DNA of 64,000 nt. It comes from Coleofasciculus sp. B1-GNL1-01. GTDB lineage: Bacteria; Cyanobacteriota; Cyanobacteriia; Cyanobacteriales; Coleofasciculaceae. The position numbers and the translations under genes were made by a program. The stretch is from assembly GCA_040220235.1 (NCBI GenBank), contig JAVJTO010000070.1. One strand, 5' to 3'. Positions 1 to 10,009 of this stretch are shown one piece after another (position 1 is the first letter of the stretch; the number at the start of each line of letters is the position of its first letter). Below the pieces are notes generated by a model, which saw only the letters and a program-made list of their open reading frames with translations, searched no databases and was not told the DNA's origin.

Positions 1-1
1 T

Positions 2-2392
2 TTTTTACCCTACCAAGAAGCCCGACTCTTACGGGCGAAGGATCGACAAATACTCATGGGGGGTACATTAGTCGATATTCCTGAAGCCCCCTTGAACACA
101 CCCCATCGCGGTGAACGCATCGTCAATACCAAAAAAGTCCCGTTGCTGGACGAAACGGGTACGCCTCAGTATCTACTAGGGATTTTTGAAGACATCACTG
201 AACGCAAGCAAGCCGAAGCCGCTTTGCGAAAATCGGAACGTCATTATCGCTGTATCGTGGAAACCGCATCCGAGGGGGTTTGGGTGTTTGATGAGAATAA
301 CCAAATCACCTTCGCCAATAGTCGCATGGCGCAAATGCTGGGGTATACGATCTCACAAATGCAGGGGCGATCGCTGTTTGATTTTATTGACAGCGAATCC
401 CAAGCGCTAATCCAAACCTACTTAGATCGTCGCCGTCAAGGAATCCAGGAACGCTACGATTTCAAGTTTCGCCGCAAAGATGGATCAAATCTATGGGCGA
501 TTATTTCGGCGACGCCACTGTTTAATGATCAAGGGGGGTTTGTCGGCGTACTAAGAATGATTACCGACATTAGCGATCGCAAACAAGCTGAGGAAGCCTT
601 ACAGGAGAGAGAACAATTTTTAAGCAGCATCCTCAATGGTGTGGAAAACTCGATTAGTGTCGTCGATGTTCATCAACACCAGAGTGAACCTGATCGATCC
701 TGGGAATTTCGTTATGTGGATGTGAATCCCGCTTACGAACAGTTAATCGGTATCCCCGCCGAACAGTTACGGAATCAACCCCTCGGTGCGATCTTACCGT
801 CGGATCGGGCAATCACGATGACCGATCATTACACAACCTGTGTCCAGACGGGAACATCCCTATCCTATGAAGAATGTTTTTGTGTACAGGGACAAGAACG
901 GTGGTGGATTACTATCTTAACCCCCCTGCGCGATCAACACGGACAGATCTATCGGGTAGTAAGTACCAGTACCAACATCACCCAGCGCAAGCAAGCGGAA
1001 CAAAAAACGGCGCGATTGACGGCGATTTTGGAAAGTACCACCGATTTTGTCAGTATGTGTGAATCAGATGGGACGCTCCTCTATATTAATAAGGCGGGGC
1101 GGCAATTAGTGGGACTTGATCCAGATCAGGAGATCAGCCATCTACGGATGTGGGATTTCCATCCCCAGTCAGTGAACCGACGGTTGTTCGCCGAAGCCTT
1201 ACCCACCGTGATCCAGGACAAAGTATGGCAAGGTGAAACCTCACTCCTGCACCAACAGGATTGGGAAATTCCTGTGTCTCAAGTAGTGATGGCGCATCCC
1301 GGCGCAACGGGAGAGGTGGAGGTGTTTTCCACAATTATCCGGGATATTAGCGATCGCAAACAAGCCGAGGAAGCCTTGCGGAAATCAGAACAGGAGTTGA
1401 GAGTCAAAAACCAGGATCTCCAGCACACCTTAGATCAACTCAAAAAGACGCAAACCCAACTGATTCAACAGGAAAAAATGGTTAGTTTGGGTCAGATGGT
1501 GGCGGGTATTGCCCACGAAATCAACAACCCGATTAGTTTTATTGCCGGGAATATTACCTATACTCGTCAATATGGGATGGAATTGTTGCAGTTGTTGCAA
1601 CTCTATGCCAAACACTATCCCCAACCCGTTGCCGAAATTCAAGACGAGATTGAGGCTGTTGATTTAGACTTTGTTAGGGGAGATTTTCCCAAACTCTTGA
1701 ACTCCATGGAAGAGGGTGCCAATCGCATCCGCCAAATTGTCTTATCCCTGCGGAATTTCTCCCGTTTGGATGAGGCGGAAATTAAGCCGGTGGATATCCA
1801 TGACGGGATGGAAAGCACCTTACTCGTTTTACAGCATCGGCTCAAATCAACACTGAATCGTCCAGAAATTCAGGTTGACAAACATTATGGCAACTTGCCA
1901 TTGGTGGAATGCTACGCCAGTCAGCTTAATCAGGTGTTTTTGAATATCCTGGGGAATGCGATTGATGCCTTAGACACCCACCCGGAACCCCGCAGGATTA
2001 CGATATCTACGGCAGTGAGTTCTCAATTACCCGTTGTCCCATTGGAGGAGTCACCAGACAAGGAACCCCAGAACTCGCAACCGATTGAACGGGTAATTAT
2101 TCGGATCAAGGATAATGGTCCAGGTATCCCCGAAGCGATTCAAAAACAAATCTTTGATCCGTTCTTTACTACCAAATCCATTGGCACAGGGACAGGTTTA
2201 GGGTTATCGATTTCTCACTCAATTGTGGTGGATAAACATGGGGGTCAATTGACCTGTCTTTCCCAACCGGATCAAGGGACAGAGTTTGTAATTGAGTTAC
2301 CAATAAAGCAACAATTGCTCTCGTCTCCGCTTAAGTTTTCCTTTGGGGAATCTTTAGCCTTACCACCAAAGTTTGTGCAGTCGTCAGCATGA
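2..2392 (+). CDS. Multi-PAS/PAC sensor histidine kinase (5' end outside the window)
   Basis: Frame is open from base 2 (FLPYQEARLLRAKDRQILM...). Repeated PAC ends (DITERKQAE, DISDRKQAE), H-box AHEINNP, N-box NQVFLNILGNAIDA, G boxes DNGPGI, FDPFFTTK and GTGLGL. Confidence 0.93.
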   Translation, partial: FLPYQEARLLRAKDRQILMGGTLVDIPEAPLNTPHRGERIVNTKKVPLLDETGTPQYLLGIFEDITERKQAEAALRKSERHYRCIVETASEGVWVFDENNQITFANSRMAQMLGYTISQMQGRSLFDFIDSESQALIQTYLDRRRQGIQERYDFKFRRKDGSNLWAIISATPLFNDQGGFVGVLRMITDISDRKQAEEALQEREQFLSSILNGVENSISVVDVHQHQSEPDRSWEFRYVDVNPAYEQLIGIPAEQLRNQPLGAILPSDRAITMTDHYTTCVQTGTSLSYEECFCVQGQERWWITILTPLRDQHGQIYRVVSTSTNITQRKQAEQKTARLTAILESTTDFVSMCESDGTLLYINKAGRQLVGLDPDQEISHLRMWDFHPQSVNRRLFAEALPTVIQDKVWQGETSLLHQQDWEIPVSQVVMAHPGATGEVEVFSTIIRDISDRKQAEEALRKSEQELRVKNQDLQHTLDQLKKTQTQLIQQEKMVSLGQMVAGIAHEINNPISFIAGNITYTRQYGMELLQLLQLYAKHYPQPVAEIQDEIEAVDLDFVRGDFPKLLNSMEEGANRIRQIVLSLRNFSRLDEAEIKPVDIHDGMESTLLVLQHRLKSTLNRPEIQVDKHYGNLPLVECYASQLNQVFLNILGNAIDALDTHPEPRRITISTAVSSQLPVVPLEESPDKEPQNSQPIERVIIRIKDNGPGIPEAIQKQIFDPFFTTKSIGTGTGLGLSISHSIVVDKHGGQLTCLSQPDQGTEFVIELPIKQQLLSSPLKFSFGESLALPPKFVQSSA

Positions 2393-2396
2393 GTTA

Positions 2397-2425
2397 GCAG
2401 AGACGTTCCGCCGGAACGTCTCTAC
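2397..2425. repeat. REP-like palindrome (GTAGAGACGTT family)
   Basis: gcagagacgttccgccggaacgtctctac; relatives at ~48991 (gtagagacgttgcctgcaacgtctctac) and ~56575 (gtagagacgttccagggaacgtctctac). Confidence 0.8.
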
Positions 2426-2480
2426 AAATCTACTACCTAAGAGATAAAGGGAGTGTCACTTCATCGGATTTGGTATAATA

Positions 2481-2685
2481 AGCTGTTCGGCATTTAAACC
2501 TTAATATCAATAACGGCGAAAGCCTTGTAGTGGGGAGCATCCCGTTTTGGACAAAGCATTATTCAAGTAACGCAATTGCAAGGGTTTCAGCCCCATTCAA
2601 AGAGCCAACGTGCCAAATTGGGATGCTCCCTTGTAGTGCGAGCATCTTGCTCGCTACTAATACCCAATTTAAATGCATGACAGCT
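2481..2685. mobile_element. MITE family A (AGCTGT...ACAGCT ends, TA flanks), copy 1, carrying a nested insertion
   Basis: Same ends and body as the copies at 36698-36821 and 50833-50956. Confidence 0.88.
2533..2630. mobile_element. 98-bp MITE nested in MITE A
   Basis: Terminal inverted repeats GGGAGCATCCC...GGGATGCTCCC, flanked by an 8-bp direct repeat TTGTAGTG (2525-2532 and 2631-2638). Confidence 0.88.
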
Positions 2686-2938
2686 TATACGCTCTAGCCA
2701 CTACCCATCATGGCAATACTATCCGCGCTAATCGCCACGTTAAGTCAGGCAGTTTTTTCATCCGTCACAGATTTAACCGGAATTAAAAAAAACACACAGA
2801 AATATTTAAATAGGCTTTACATCACTTTTTTGCGCTGAAGTTATGATGTGGATATAAAAAAACAATCTGAAATGCGGCGAAGTTGAAATTAGGACAGCTT
2901 GCTCACAACCATTGCTCTGATAACCCGACTCCTGAATT

Positions 2939-4135
2939 ATGCTGAAAACTACCCAACTGGTCAAAAAAAGTTCAGTCGAACGCCTCGTCAAGCTATGGGC
3001 GCAGCGTTACATGCCAGACTTGTCAACTCTATCCTCAATAGAAGGGGGGTTGACTCCCACTGATTTGATCGCCGCATCTTCTAGAGAAGGGCGAATTCAA
3101 ACCGTTGCCGAAATACGGCGCTTAGTCCAGATCCACTGTGAACGCGCTGGGATGAAAACCAATGCTCTTTTCTCTTATGTCCCTAATGTTGTGAATTTAG
3201 CTGAAGCTCGGCGATTGGCTCTGTTTGGAGCAAAGGCTTATTCCAAGGCAATGGATGTTTACTTGCAGCAATCGCCATCTACCTCATCCCTAGCTGCAAT
3301 GCGATTGACACTGACTCAAAATAACTCCAAAAAAGTAATTGATTTATCAAGCAAAGTCTTTGCAAATTGGGCGAAACAAGCCTTAGAATTACCTGCCATT
3401 GAACAGCTCTACACAGAACTTGAACCCTCATTATTGGAACTTCAACAGCAACATTTAGTCTCAAAAGACCCGCGCACAATTGGCTTTATCAATACCCAGT
3501 TTCACTTCAGTGCCGCATTAATCCTCAACAAACTCACCCTTGCCGAGCAAGTGTTAGTCAGCCCCTATCTGAAGTTTATCGAAGAGCAAGCTTGTATTCC
3601 CTGGAGACGGGTGTGTTCAGCTGCTGCCCAGCATGAGCCAAGTTCACCTATCTTAGCCATTGTCGAACAGATGCTACCGCTCAGTCACGAAATTGCCAAC
3701 AAAGTTTACAATCAATGCATCGAATTATTCCCTCATCATCAAAGCCGTCGAGGTGGACTAATTGACCCAGGTGTAACAGCCTCGACAACCAGAGATCTGA
3801 ATATGTTCCAAAGCTATTTATGGTTATGTGTGCTAGAGGAAAGTATGGCAGCCGTTGAACAAGAACTCGTGCCTTTATGTGTGATGGTTTTTCCTAGCGT
3901 AGATGTAGCTTGGGATCTGGTAGCGGATATGACCCAATTACTCATAGATGAAGTCCTCGATCGTATTCCAGCAAACTCAAAGTATCTAGTACAACCCTAT
4001 GCTCACACCATGAATGAAATCTTCTCCAATCTTGAGCAGAAAGCCGATGAACTTAGTCAAGGATTGTATAAATTCGTTGACGATTCAATGCGACTGACAA
4101 TGAAATACTCGGCTAAATCTGACAATGGGAATTGA
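2939..4135 (+). CDS. Conserved cyanobacterial hypothetical protein; C-terminal half resembles the phycobiliprotein/globin fold
   Basis: 398-aa ORF; the segment ...TASTTRDLNMFQSYLWLCVL... aligns by eye with allophycocyanin ...[20 protein letters not shown]... Confidence 0.7.
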   Translation: MLKTTQLVKKSSVERLVKLWAQRYMPDLSTLSSIEGGLTPTDLIAASSREGRIQTVAEIRRLVQIHCERAGMKTNALFSYVPNVVNLAEARRLALFGAKAYSKAMDVYLQQSPSTSSLAAMRLTLTQNNSKKVIDLSSKVFANWAKQALELPAIEQLYTELEPSLLELQQQHLVSKDPRTIGFINTQFHFSAALILNKLTLAEQVLVSPYLKFIEEQACIPWRRVCSAAAQHEPSSPILAIVEQMLPLSHEIANKVYNQCIELFPHHQSRRGGLIDPGVTASTTRDLNMFQSYLWLCVLEESMAAVEQELVPLCVMVFPSVDVAWDLVADMTQLLIDEVLDRIPANSKYLVQPYAHTMNEIFSNLEQKADELSQGLYKFVDDSMRLTMKYSAKSDNGN

Positions 4136-4186
4136 TCATTGGAAACGGATAAAAGCCATAGGCAAACCTAGTCAATATAATCTATA

Positions 4187-4275
4187 TGGCACTACGCATT
4201 GAGGTTAGGACAATAAAATTGGGTAAAAAGGCAACAGGCAACAGAGAAATGTCCTAACGTATCTCCGTAGTGCTA
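4187..4275. mobile_element. MITE family B (TAGCACTACG-type TIR, TA flanks)
   Basis: Inverted copy at 60720-60822 and a partial copy near 6662; internal AGGCAAC/TTGCCTA heptamers. Confidence 0.8.
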
Positions 4276-4277
4276 TA

Positions 4278-4376
4278 TAGCTGTTCGCTCTGGTGTAGTT
4301 ACAGGATAAATTTTCTAATGCACTCCTGATCAAGCATCCATGCTCTAATGTGTAAATATACTAGCGCGAAGCGCTA
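4278..4376. mobile_element. MITE-like element abutting MITE B
   Basis: 26-bp imperfect TIR (tagctgttcgctctggtgtagttaca / tgtaaatatactagcgcgaagcgcta), TA flanks. Confidence 0.6.
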
Positions 4377-4648
4377 TAGATGAATTCTCAAAAAATAATT
4401 TTATAGAAATTCAAAACTCGGTCAGGGCAGGTTTTGTACAAAGGTTACTATTAATCTAAAGTTTCGTAATACAGATGTACTGCACTCAGGACAAATACAT
4501 GAAACAGAGATGAATAAGTTTCTCCAGTTTGCTGTATAATATTGATTCATCACCTATGTAGAGTCACGGTCGTTCATTCGGACTTTAATTATGCCGACCT
4601 AATTAATAGTTGAATCACCAACATACACGATAAGAAAACTAACGAGGA

Positions 4649-6643
4649 GTGATGTCATACTGTATCGCATTTTTCTGGGAAATTTTTATTCTGTTATCCC
4701 TCAGCGGTTGGGGCGGAACTGTTAATCGCATTTTGTTTCCCAAAGATCAAGTTGATTGGGGGCAAAAAGCGGCGTGGGGCATGGCTTTCAGTATGGTCAT
4801 TGGCGGATTATTAAATCTGACATGGACAATTTCAACAACTAGCATACTGCTCTATTTAGGTTTAGGTATTATTGGTTTTATACTTGATATTTATCAATCC
4901 AAGTTTATCGGATTTAATTCTTTAAATAAAGCCAAAATAAAATTGAATAATAACATTGGGATAATCATCGTAGCTTGTCTAATTTTCGGATTGCTTATCA
5001 TCCAATATGCCGGGTGGGTTGCTACGGATAAATTTCATTCAGTTGATGACTATTTTGCTTATTTGGTTTTTCCCAATAAAATGCTAGATATGGGTTCAAT
5101 GGGTCTTGATCCTTTCAGTCGTAGGAGGCTAGAATCTTCCCTAGGCGCTCAGTCTTTTCTCCATACGTTTGTTTTAAGCATTTTACCTGAACGTAATATT
5201 CGGATCATTGATCCGGGAATTTCCTGGCTTATCTTATTTTTAGGTGTTTTAGGTCTTTTTAAAGATAACAATATTCCCCCTAAAAAAAGACTTTTAATTT
5301 TATGCCCATTGCTACTGGTGATTCCCCCTGCACGGAATACGACCAGTATTGTTGTAGGTTCTGTATTATTTTTGAGTCTTTTTCGTACTCTAGATTGGCA
5401 AAAATTAAAATCTTACCACTTTTTAAAGAGGGCATCTATTATTGCATTGATTACAGCCGCTATTTTTTCAGCAAAATATACTCTGCTTATAGCCGCTGTT
5501 ATTTTATTGGCAGCAAGTTACTACTTTTATATTAAGAATTATCGCCCTATCAAAAAAGCATTCTATGAGTTGTGTGCCGCCGGAGCATTGACTTTACTAT
5601 TTATTTTACCCTGGATGATTTCATTATACCAATCATCCGGAACGTTGCTTTATCCTTTCTTAGGCAAAGGCTATCATGCCGCCATCTATTACGATCATTA
5701 TACGCAGCGTACTGGCGATATGCTGACCTTAAAAGGGTTCTCGGAAATGATTAAAGCAGCGCTGGAAGTAACTCACATTGGATTTCTATTGGTGGCTGGG
5801 GCTTATCTACGATTGAACCCTGGGAAAACATGGCAGAAGGAAGAACGCGGAGCAACTTTATCACTACTAATTAGTTCGGCGGTGGGGATCGCCCTTTTAT
5901 TGGGTTTGGCTGGGGTAGTAGCTGAACGTTATACCTTTCCTTTCGCATACGTAACGATTATCGTTTTGGTGGTGAAAATAATCAGCAACATTGAAGTCAA
6001 AGACAAAGAGAAGAATGATCACAAATTTACTAAATATACCTCCGCCCTCGTTGCTATGCTGGTACTGGGTATGCTTATTGGTAAAGGCAGTGGTTGGAAT
6101 GCCAGCCGAGAGTTTTATCAAAGTCATGTAGGAAATATCCGGCGCAGCTTATCGGGTACGCCTTTAGTTTTAGCGCCAAAACAGGAAGCTGAGCAATATA
6201 AAAATGTACAGGAGTCAATTCCCGAAGGTGAACTTCTTTTAACCCGACTCGATAAACCATTTCTACTGGATTTTAGTCGTAATACAATTTACATTGTAGA
6301 TAGTCCAGGTCATGCGAGTTTACCACCAGGTATGCCTTTATTTAAAGGTGCTGAAGCCCTGAGTGACTATTTAGCGTCCAAATCCATTCAATATGTCGCC
6401 TATTCTTATAATCCCGAACCCGCACATCAAAGAGACTATTGGGTGCGAAAACTGGGAGACGAGATTTATCCCTGGGTTGAACCTGATCGGATTATAAACG
6501 TTCTTCGTCCTTCTCTCAGAAGCGAAGTTCAGTACACATTAGATTTCCAAGACAATTTGAAAAAGCTGGGTAATTTAAGAGAAAGAATCTATGACGACGG
6601 CGAAATTTTTGTGATCGACTTGAGCCGTCATAAAGAGGGGTAA
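4649..6643 (+). CDS. Polytopic membrane protein, possibly a GT-C-fold glycosyltransferase
   Basis: 664 aa with many hydrophobic helices, an acidic DD motif after the first helices (FHSVDDYFAY) and a soluble C-terminal domain; AT-rich. Confidence 0.6.
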   Translation: MMSYCIAFFWEIFILLSLSGWGGTVNRILFPKDQVDWGQKAAWGMAFSMVIGGLLNLTWTISTTSILLYLGLGIIGFILDIYQSKFIGFNSLNKAKIKLNNNIGIIIVACLIFGLLIIQYAGWVATDKFHSVDDYFAYLVFPNKMLDMGSMGLDPFSRRRLESSLGAQSFLHTFVLSILPERNIRIIDPGISWLILFLGVLGLFKDNNIPPKKRLLILCPLLLVIPPARNTTSIVVGSVLFLSLFRTLDWQKLKSYHFLKRASIIALITAAIFSAKYTLLIAAVILLAASYYFYIKNYRPIKKAFYELCAAGALTLLFILPWMISLYQSSGTLLYPFLGKGYHAAIYYDHYTQRTGDMLTLKGFSEMIKAALEVTHIGFLLVAGAYLRLNPGKTWQKEERGATLSLLISSAVGIALLLGLAGVVAERYTFPFAYVTIIVLVVKIISNIEVKDKEKNDHKFTKYTSALVAMLVLGMLIGKGSGWNASREFYQSHVGNIRRSLSGTPLVLAPKQEAEQYKNVQESIPEGELLLTRLDKPFLLDFSRNTIYIVDSPGHASLPPGMPLFKGAEALSDYLASKSIQYVAYSYNPEPAHQRDYWVRKLGDEIYPWVEPDRIINVLRPSLRSEVQYTLDFQDNLKKLGNLRERIYDDGEIFVIDLSRHKEG

Positions 6644-6744
6644 TGGATTCACCCCTTTTTATAGCACTATGGGGATAGGTTAGGACATCAGTTGATCCCA
6701 ATAAGGAACAGGGAACAGGGAATCTTGTCCGGGCGGGCATAATA

Positions 6745-7785
6745 TCACCCTTTGTTTTTCTGTAATTGCTTCAATGTTTGATACATTTCCGGTAACCGAT
6801 TATAAATCGCGGATACTTTCAAAAATAATTTATGGGGAACAGCAGGAGTACCCGAGACAATCGCCCCGGGTTCGACATCATTATGAATCCCCGATTTTGC
6901 CGAGGCGATCGCGCCGTCTCCAATCTTAGCTTGATTGGCAATCCCAACTTGACCAGCGAGAATTACCCGATTCCCGATTTTCACACCTCCAGCTAAACCA
7001 ACTTGCGCCGCGATCGCACAAGCACTTCCCACTTGACACCCATGACCAATTTGGACTAAGTTATCGATTTTAGTATGACCACCAATCCGAGTTTCTCCCA
7101 CCGCCGGACGATCAATCGTCGTATTACAGCCGATTTCCACCCCATCTTCTAATACGGTATACCCCGATTGTTCCATCTTGAACCACCTCTCTTTGGTGGG
7201 GACAAAACCGAACCCTTCCGCACCAATTACCGCACCGCTATGAATCACACAATCCGCCCCAATTTGGCTACGTTCATGGATCGTACAGTTAGCATGTAAA
7301 ATTGTGCGATCGCCAATTTGCACATCGGGATAAATCACCACATTCGGATGAATACAAACCCCATCACCAATCCTCACCCCCGCCTGAATCACCACATGCG
7401 CCCCAATATAAACCCCATCCCCTACCTGCGCCTCTGGATGAATCACAGCGCTAGCATGAATTTCCGGTGCAGGTTTCCAGGGTTGATAGAAAAGTGCGAT
7501 CGCCCGGGCAAATAATAGTCGGGGTTCCGATGCGCCAATCCAAGCAATACCGCGTTCTGTGGCTTGTCGTTGTAACCCGTCATCCAAGGGTAAAATTAAC
7601 GCCCTCGCCTCGGTAGTTTTCACCCTAGCGGCAAACTTAGCCCCCTCAATATAGCTGATCGTACTGGGGGTGGCTTGATCAATTGGGGCGATCCCCTGAA
7701 TCTCTGGATCACCCTCTGGATTAGCTAATAGACTTGTGCGATCGGTGTCTATATTAAGCTTTTCTACCAGTTCACTAAATTTCAT
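6745..7785 (-). CDS. lpxD: UDP-3-O-(3-hydroxyacyl)glucosamine N-acyltransferase
   Basis: Hexapeptide repeats, GAEGFGF, TKIDNLVQIGHG, GQVGIA motifs. Confidence 0.96.
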   Translation of the reverse strand: MKFSELVEKLNIDTDRTSLLANPEGDPEIQGIAPIDQATPSTISYIEGAKFAARVKTTEARALILPLDDGLQRQATERGIAWIGASEPRLLFARAIALFYQPWKPAPEIHASAVIHPEAQVGDGVYIGAHVVIQAGVRIGDGVCIHPNVVIYPDVQIGDRTILHANCTIHERSQIGADCVIHSGAVIGAEGFGFVPTKERWFKMEQSGYTVLEDGVEIGCNTTIDRPAVGETRIGGHTKIDNLVQIGHGCQVGSACAIAAQVGLAGGVKIGNRVILAGQVGIANQAKIGDGAIASAKSGIHNDVEPGAIVSGTPAVPHKLFLKVSAIYNRLPEMYQTLKQLQKNKG

Positions 7786-7857
7786 CGTCGTCAGGGTTCA
7801 TGGTTGATCGTTCATGGTTCATGGTTCAGCCATGGACGTTTTTAGCAAAGGATTTAA

Positions 7858-8244
7858 TTAATTGCTAATCGGTCTATTATAGTTAACCGTTACCCTGCCA
7901 TTGGTTTGATTGACAGTGACGCTGGTTTCTACGGTAAACACATTTGCACCGGGAGGACGTCCTTTAAAGGTAAATGTTATGGTATTATCGTCGTTCTCTG
8001 TATAAGGTGCATCTTGTACCGGACCATGCATCGCCGCTTCCGCCCGATATTGCCTCAATCCACCATTAATCCGTTCAGCCGCTTGTCGGGCTAGATTTTT
8101 CGCCCGATTCAGGTCAATGTAATATCCGGGATCTATATCTGGAGATGATGCAGGCGATCGCGGGGATGTCTGGGCTATGCCATTGACGGTATTTCCTGTA
8201 AACGTTATCAAACTTAGGGCAGAAACTATTAGGATTTTATACAT
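7858..8244 (-). CDS. Exported hypothetical protein
   Basis: Likely start MYKILIVSALSL (signal peptide-like); conserved-looking RAKNLARQAAERINGGL motif. Confidence 0.7.
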   Translation of the reverse strand: MYKILIVSALSLITFTGNTVNGIAQTSPRSPASSPDIDPGYYIDLNRAKNLARQAAERINGGLRQYRAEAAMHGPVQDAPYTENDDNTITFTFKGRPPGANVFTVETSVTVNQTNGRVTVNYNRPISN

Positions 8245-8463
8245 ACTTCTATCCTCACCAGTTTGAAGACATAGATTATATATTATAGCGTTTTTTATAA
8301 GAACTAGGGTATGCAAACTTTGAGGGCGCAAGCCTTGTGAGGCTACGTGAGACAGGGATAGTTTTATTGTTTATTTACCAGCACAAAAAAATATTCCATA
8401 AATTAAAAAATTAATATCATTCTGTTTGGTTATAAATCCTATAAATTTGTCCCTCAAGTCCTC

Positions 8464-8586
8464 TAAGTAGGTTGGTGGAAATAAACCGAATTATGTTAAG
8501 TTCTGTGAATGTTCCTCAAACCCTTACAAATGACGAATGACGAATGACGATCTCCGCCGTTAACTTTAATTGTCCCCACCTACTTA
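8464..8586. mobile_element. MITE family C (TAAGTAGG...CCTACTTA)
   Basis: Terminal inverted repeats and internal AATGACG heptamers; single ends of the family at ~24925-24960, ~27408 and ~56546. Confidence 0.7.
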
Positions 8587-8589
8587 CCC

Positions 8590-8636
8590 CCTCTGCGTTA
8601 CTCTGCGTAAACCTCTGCGTTCCTCTGCGTTGAAAA
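8590..8636. repeat. CTCTGCG-core dispersed repeat
   Basis: Four CTCTGCG units ending in TTGAAAAA; relatives at ~16313-16360 (inverted) and ~33200-33247. Confidence 0.7.
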
Positions 8637-8675
8637 AATATAATTTTGTAACGGATTTGATCTGAATTAGGAATT

Positions 8676-8763
8676 AGGGCGGGTTTTGTTGTTCATTTAT
8701 CGGTGGATATCCGAATTGAGTCCCTAAACCCGCCCCTACAATTATGGTTAAACCCGCCCCTAC
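8676..8763. repeat. REP-like element, GTAGGGGCGGGTTT/AAACCCGCCC family
   Basis: Relatives at ~4420, 40113-40172, 42932-43215, 59371-59440 and ~63265. Confidence 0.75.
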
Positions 8764-9983
8764 ATTGTCCCCATTGCTTGACCTGCTAACCAAGCCGTTG
8801 TCCAAGCATTCTGAAAATTAAATCCGCCCGTAATTCCATCAACATCCAGGATTTCACCCGCAAAGTAAAGCCCTGGACAGCAGCGACTTTCCATTGTTTT
8901 AAAATTCACCTCTTTTAAACTTATCCCGCCGCAGGTGACAAATTCCTCCTTAAAAACACCCTTCCCTTGAATCAAATAACGTCCCTGATTTAATTCTTGT
9001 ACCAATTGATTTAGAGCTTTTTTCGAGAGTTCTGCCCAGCGTTTATTTTGGTCAATACCAACATAGCTAATTAAACTCTGCCATAACCGTTTCGGAATCG
9101 GAATTGGGCAACTCGTGCTGATATGACGGTGCGGAAGTTGAGATTTAACCGATAGTAATAGCTGGCGTAGATAGTCTTGGTTGTATTGGGGAAGCCAATT
9201 GATAATCAAGGGAGTTTGGTAGCGACAATCATGGAAAAATCGAGCCGCCCACGCCGACAGTTTGAGGACGACTGGACCACTTAATCCCCAATGAGTAATC
9301 AGTAAGGAACCCGTTTGTTCCTTGACAGTTTTCCCCGCTTCTGGTAGTTTAAGGCAAACATCATTCACACTAATTCCGGCTAAATCCTGTAAGCGTGGGT
9401 CTGATATCGTAAACGTAAATAAAGAGGGGACAGGGGCTTGAATCGAATGACCCAAATCCTTAGCAAAGCGATAACCAAGGGGATTACTCCCTGTCGCAAA
9501 AAGCACGCGATCGCACTCAATTATTTCTCCGGTTTTTAACTGGAGTTGAAACCCAGAGGTAAAGCGAATGGATTTAACCGGAGTCGCGGTGCGAATCTGA
9601 ATCCCTGCGCTTATAGCCGCGTGGATGAGACAATCCACAATGGTTTGCGACGTATCCGTAACCGGGAACATCCGCCCATCCGCTTCGGTTTTCAACTGTA
9701 CCCCCTGCGCCTCAAACCAGGCGATCGTATCTTTGGGTTGAAACCGCGTAAACGCGCCGCGCAAGGCTTTCCCCCCCCTGGGATAGGCTTGTACCAAAAG
9801 GGCGGGGTCAAAACACGCATGGGTAACATTACAGCGCCCCCCACCAGAAATCCGCACCTTAGTTAAAGGTGTTTTCGAGGCTTCCAGCAGGATGACTTGG
9901 GTGTGAGGATGGGCGGATGCAGATGCGATCGCGCCGAAAAAACCAGCCGCACCCCCACCGATAACGACAATTCTAAGAGACAA
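8760..9983 (-). CDS. NAD(P)/FAD-dependent oxidoreductase, HI0933/YhiN (BaiN-like) family
   Basis: GGGAAG FAD motif, ISGGGRCNVT, EFVTCGG, GGFNFQNAW. Confidence 0.92.
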   Translation of the reverse strand: MSLRIVVIGGGAAGFFGAIASASAHPHTQVILLEASKTPLTKVRISGGGRCNVTHACFDPALLVQAYPRGGKALRGAFTRFQPKDTIAWFEAQGVQLKTEADGRMFPVTDTSQTIVDCLIHAAISAGIQIRTATPVKSIRFTSGFQLQLKTGEIIECDRVLFATGSNPLGYRFAKDLGHSIQAPVPSLFTFTISDPRLQDLAGISVNDVCLKLPEAGKTVKEQTGSLLITHWGLSGPVVLKLSAWAARFFHDCRYQTPLIINWLPQYNQDYLRQLLLSVKSQLPHRHISTSCPIPIPKRLWQSLISYVGIDQNKRWAELSKKALNQLVQELNQGRYLIQGKGVFKEEFVTCGGISLKEVNFKTMESRCCPGLYFAGEILDVDGITGGFNFQNAWTTAWLAGQAMGTM

Positions 9984-10009
9984 GGTGCTTGCAGTAGTCA
10001 GGGTTATGA

